From Macrostomum lignano (taxonomy: Eukaryota): a stretch of DNA of 39,657 bases. A program made the position numbers and the translations under genes. Shown piece by piece: positions 36,250-39,657 of this stretch (position 1 is the first letter of the stretch; the number at the start of each line of letters is the position of its first letter). Under the pieces are notes generated by a model. That model ran no database searches. It was not told the DNA's origin and was given only the letters and a program-made list of their open reading frames with translations. The DNA lies in contig NIVC01002673.1 of NCBI GenBank assembly GCA_002269645.1, positions 1 to 39,657 on the forward strand. The letters are read 5' to 3'.

Positions 36250-37720
36250 ACTTGCTATAGCAGACACTGCACCTGTTGTATGTTATACTAAAGTAGGGCT
36301 AGTAGAAAATACAAATTCAGCACTTTTTTCTACTCTTGTTGAGCTATGTGTGCCAAGCTGAAGCCTCCATGGTATTTTTCATCCTTGTGAACCACTCAAA
36401 GATGAAAATGGTATCTCAGTCCCATATAAGGTGCTATAGCCAAGTTGCACACACATTCTATTAGCTCTAGAAAGTGCTAATTTGCTCTTGCCATTGCAGT
36501 GCAGGCTGCAAGACCATCTAGCATACAAAGAAATGGCAGACAAGAAATCAAAAGTAGCATACATTCTAATAACTTTACTATCAGGGAAGTTAAATACTGC
36601 ATCTGCAATCCAAAAGACTGGACTTGCCTGAAAATAGCCTGGTAATAATGAAAAAAGCAACCACATTCCACAAACTTAGGCTGCTAGATAAACTAGCCAA
36701 ATGGCTTGCTAGGTGGCCAACTCAAAGTTGCAGATAAATTGGATTGGTGCATTATTAGTTAACTCTCATACCTGCTAGAAGTAGGCCTGGTATTCAGCCT
36801 GAACCTTACCTGATATTAGAAAGAATACCAGTGGTACCAGATTTTCTCAATTGTCATAGCAAATGACTCTATGAAGGCTGTGCAGCTGCATATAAGGTGC
36901 CTTGACAATGCCAAATGTGCCATTATAGTGCAGAATATGTTGGGTAGATAGGATCTCCCATTATATTGTAGACATAAAAACAAAGTGCTATCTATTTGTC
37001 TCTTGGACAATAATGTCTTGCAATCAAAATCTGGGGGCACACCATACATGTGCAACAGTTGGCCAAGTCAGCTGATCGGGCCAACCGATTTGGCGGCCAA
37101 TCAAGGAAGTCGCAAAAATTCCCACCCAAAAAATACTAAAATAGTAGTACTAAGTAGCTGATGAGGCATTTTGACCTAATAAGAAAGTCATAGTTACTCC
37201 TGCCGTTTACCCAAAGTTGCGTTAATTTTGCTTTAGGGTTTTTTACATGTAAGTCGCATTTTTTGCCAAAAACTATGTCGCATTTTTGTTAAAACTAAGT
37301 TGCATGGCCGACTGAATGTTGGAGGTTGCGCATGTATATGGCACACACTTAGGATCAACCTGAAAATGGATATTAACTAGCTCTGTGGAATGGCTTTTTA
37401 TAAGAATAATTAGCATTGCAACTTTAGGAATCTATATTAATCAGTCTATACTTCTTTTAAGAGCTCTCTTACTTTCTCCTTAACAAAAATGCAAGCAGAT
37501 TTGAATGGCACTCACTTTGTTTCTGTTTTTACCTGAGCTATAATAAATCTTTTTTTCAACTGGCTGATCAACTGAATTGTAGGTATGCTCTTTCAAGGCG
37601 TGATTTGTTCTGTCTTGATGCTTGACATATGAGCCTAGACATTTTGGTGTAGTTTTATTGCAACAATAGTAAGTGTTGCTGTTTTGCCAGCTCTTGACAT
37701 GCAGCAAGCAGTGAAGATCA
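36250..37720 (-). pseudogene. Fossil FLYWCH-MULE (Mutator-like) transposase
   Basis: With stops and frameshifts, in order: YYCCNKTTPKC...EHTY (FLYWCH-like), FKSACIFV, VDPKCVPPDF/LQDIIV..R*HFVFMST..EILS..HYNGTFGIVKAPYMQLHSLH..VPLVFFLISGK..EYQAYF, CNFELAT*QAI, GCFFHYYQAIFRQVQSFGLQMQY, LPFL, RMKNTMEA..WH.*LN. These match the MULE DGTF / DFE / GC.FH / RTNN..E.WH core; both catalytic Asp appear as Asn. Confidence 0.85.
37043..37338 (-). mobile_element. hAT-type MITE, copy 2, nested in the MULE fossil
   Basis: Reverse complement of 30591..30886. Flanks GGGCACAC / TGGCACAC (7/8 TSD). Removing it plus one TSD restores VDPKCVPPDF. Confidence 0.88.
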
Positions 37721-38398
37721 TGCCTGATATACTGCACTAGCAAAGTCTTTGTTGTGGCTAAATCTAGCACTTGGAATATGCTCAAAAGCCTGCAGGGATA
37801 GGCTAAAAGGTGGTGCCAACATTGGAGGCTTGTGAATAGATTCTTTGAGCACAAGTTCAGCATCAGAAAATTGAAATAATGAAATAAAAACCTCTCTTCC
37901 ACTTCTATATGAAAGACTAAAAGCAATGGCTCCTCTTGGTCAATTAGCTTACTACCTAGTCTTGATCCTAGAAAGGTTGGCTGCATAGTAGCAACTGGAG
38001 CAGCTTAGGGTGCAGATGAAGGCATACCTGCAATTAGCCTAAGGCATCGATTGCATAGATCATGCCTGATATACTGCACTAGCAAAGTCTTTGTTGTGGC
38101 TAAATCAAGCACTTGGAATATGCTCAAAAGCCTGCAGGGATAGGCTAAAAGGTGGTGCCAACATTGGAGGCTTGTGAATAGATTCTTTGAGCACAAGTTC
38201 AGCATCAGAAAATTGAAATAATGAAATAAAAACCTCTCTTCCACTTCTATATGAAAGACTAAAAGCAATGGCTCCTCTTGGTCAATTAGCTTACTACCTA
38301 GTCTTGATCCTAGAAAGGTTGGCTGCATAGTAGCAACTGGAGCAGCTTAGGGTGCAGATGAAGGCATACCTGCAATTAGCCTAAGGCATCGATTGCAT
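37715..38398. repeat. 342-bp near-perfect tandem duplication (2 copies)
   Basis: Units start at 37715 and 38057. Over the part that can be compared I noticed one difference (AAATCTAGC vs AAATCAAGC). It explains the duplicated ORFs 37480..37986 and 38005..38328. Confidence 0.9.
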
Positions 38399-38724
38399 AG
38401 CAAGAAAAACTCATTTTATTGCAGCATACTATAGCGTAATGCAACTATTGTATGCACAATGCTGTCTTTTGCAACACTATAAGCATTTAATAGCTTCTTT
38501 TCCATTGATAACAGACTATATGCACACAACACATGGGTATACACCTGCCATTTTAATGGTTTTTCTTTATCAAAAACTATTTAGGCTCCAATGCAGGGAC
38601 CAATGCAGGATAACTGCTATTTGATAAGTGTCCAGCCAATAAAAGTTATATCCTTTTTGGAAGAGCAATCAATCCCACTGTCAAAAATGAATTTTATGGT
38701 CAAAAAATCACTCTCACCCACTGT

Positions 38725-39160
38725 TTCTTAGAGAGTAGAGAAAAGGTGAGAGTGGAGAGAGGCTGCATAAGAGTGAAGAGATTTGAGAGTAGAAAGAGAG
38801 TGAGAGTAGAGAGATGTTGAAAGTGGAAAGGAGCTGAGAATAGAAAGATGCTAAGAGTGGAATGAGCCTAAAAGTAGAGAAAGGGAGAGTAGATAGAGAC
38901 TACAAAAGAGTAGAGAGATGCTAAGAGTAGAGGGTGAGAATGGAAAGACACTGAGAGTAGAAAAAGGGTAAGATTTGAAAATGCTAAAGAGCAGAGAGAT
39001 ATTGAGAATAGAGAAATGCTAAGTGTAGAGAAAGCCTGAATATAAAGAGGGTGAGAGTAGAAAGAGGCTGCATGAAGTAGAAAGAGGCTACACAAGAGTA
39101 GAGAGATGCTGAGAGTGAAGAGAGACTAAGAGTGGACAAAGGCTTAAGAGTGAATTATTA
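38725..39160. repeat. Degenerate purine-rich tandem repeat (GAGAGTAGAGAGATGCTAAGAGT-like)
   Basis: Recurrent GAGTAGA(A/G)A and GATGCTAAGAGT motifs. Confidence 0.75.
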
Positions 39161-39657
39161 TTATGAGTGAGTGTATATTAAAGCTAAATGCCTCATTATC
39201 TAATTAATACCATGTGCATTTTTGTGACTGCAACATTTTTACAACTTACCTTGGCAGTTAAAAACATCCATTGGAGGCACAAAGGCCAAAGATATTAGAC
39301 AACAGACCCATAAGGCAAACCTACCATTTGTCTCATTTTACCTTGACTTTGATCTAAAACTAATAACTCTTATATATATAGTGGCAAAGATGAAGCAACC
39401 AATTGTTACTATACAAAAACTCTATTAATATCATTTTGTGCCGCTTAAAAATCTGTCATCTATTCCTATAGACTCAAGTATAAGACATACACATTAGCTT
39501 AGGATTAAGGATAGGATCTCTTAAAATAGAAATACACTTTTTATCTTGTTTGAGGGCAATGCATAGACAAGTGGATAAATGAATCCATGTGTGCATTGTA
39601 TGAAACTGATAGAAAATGTAAGAGCTATATCAAATATGTCATTATTGAAAAAGCATG

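Noticed and set aside
37480-38328. Two paralogous-looking ORFs (168 and 107 aa)
   Set aside because: Produced by the 342-bp duplication over decayed transposon sequence; only the 3' part of the first overlaps the FLYWCH remnant.

Overview
This is eukaryotic, most likely metazoan, genomic DNA, not prokaryotic. It has GT-AG spliceosomal introns, GC-rich exons, tRNA-derived SINEs, MITEs and intronic minisatellites; the style resembles a free-living flatworm such as Macrostomum, but the host is an inference. I reconstructed six protein genes by hand, with splice phases checked. (1) A BIR-domain (IAP-like) gene on the minus strand runs off the left edge and is missed by the ORF track. (2) A 3-exon, ~999-aa fusion of hydantoinase-A/oxoprolinase-like domains with DUF917. 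(3) A 2-exon HERC4-like RCC1+HECT E3 ligase (~1081 aa). (4) A 4-exon DCN1-like NEDD8 E3 (253 aa). (5) A 6-exon TMEM134-like gene (189 aa). (6) A PAF-acetylhydrolase-like gene with at least 5 exons and an unresolved start. Two AT-rich blocks (~14.6-24.2 kb and ~33.4-39.6 kb) are transposon graveyards. They contain several elements with 8-bp TSDs, a Penelope GIY-YIG fragment with a decayed hammerhead-like motif, and a FLYWCH-MULE transposase fossil carrying a nested hAT-type MITE. A mariner derivative sits in DCN1 intron 1. The two most interesting signals are the uncharacterised hydantoinase-DUF917 fusion enzyme and a mutational signature in the repeats: CpA/TpG->TpA changes on top of CpG decay, with strong TAGGCCTA enrichment, reminiscent of fungal RIP. 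All coordinates were counted by eye; no database searches were run.
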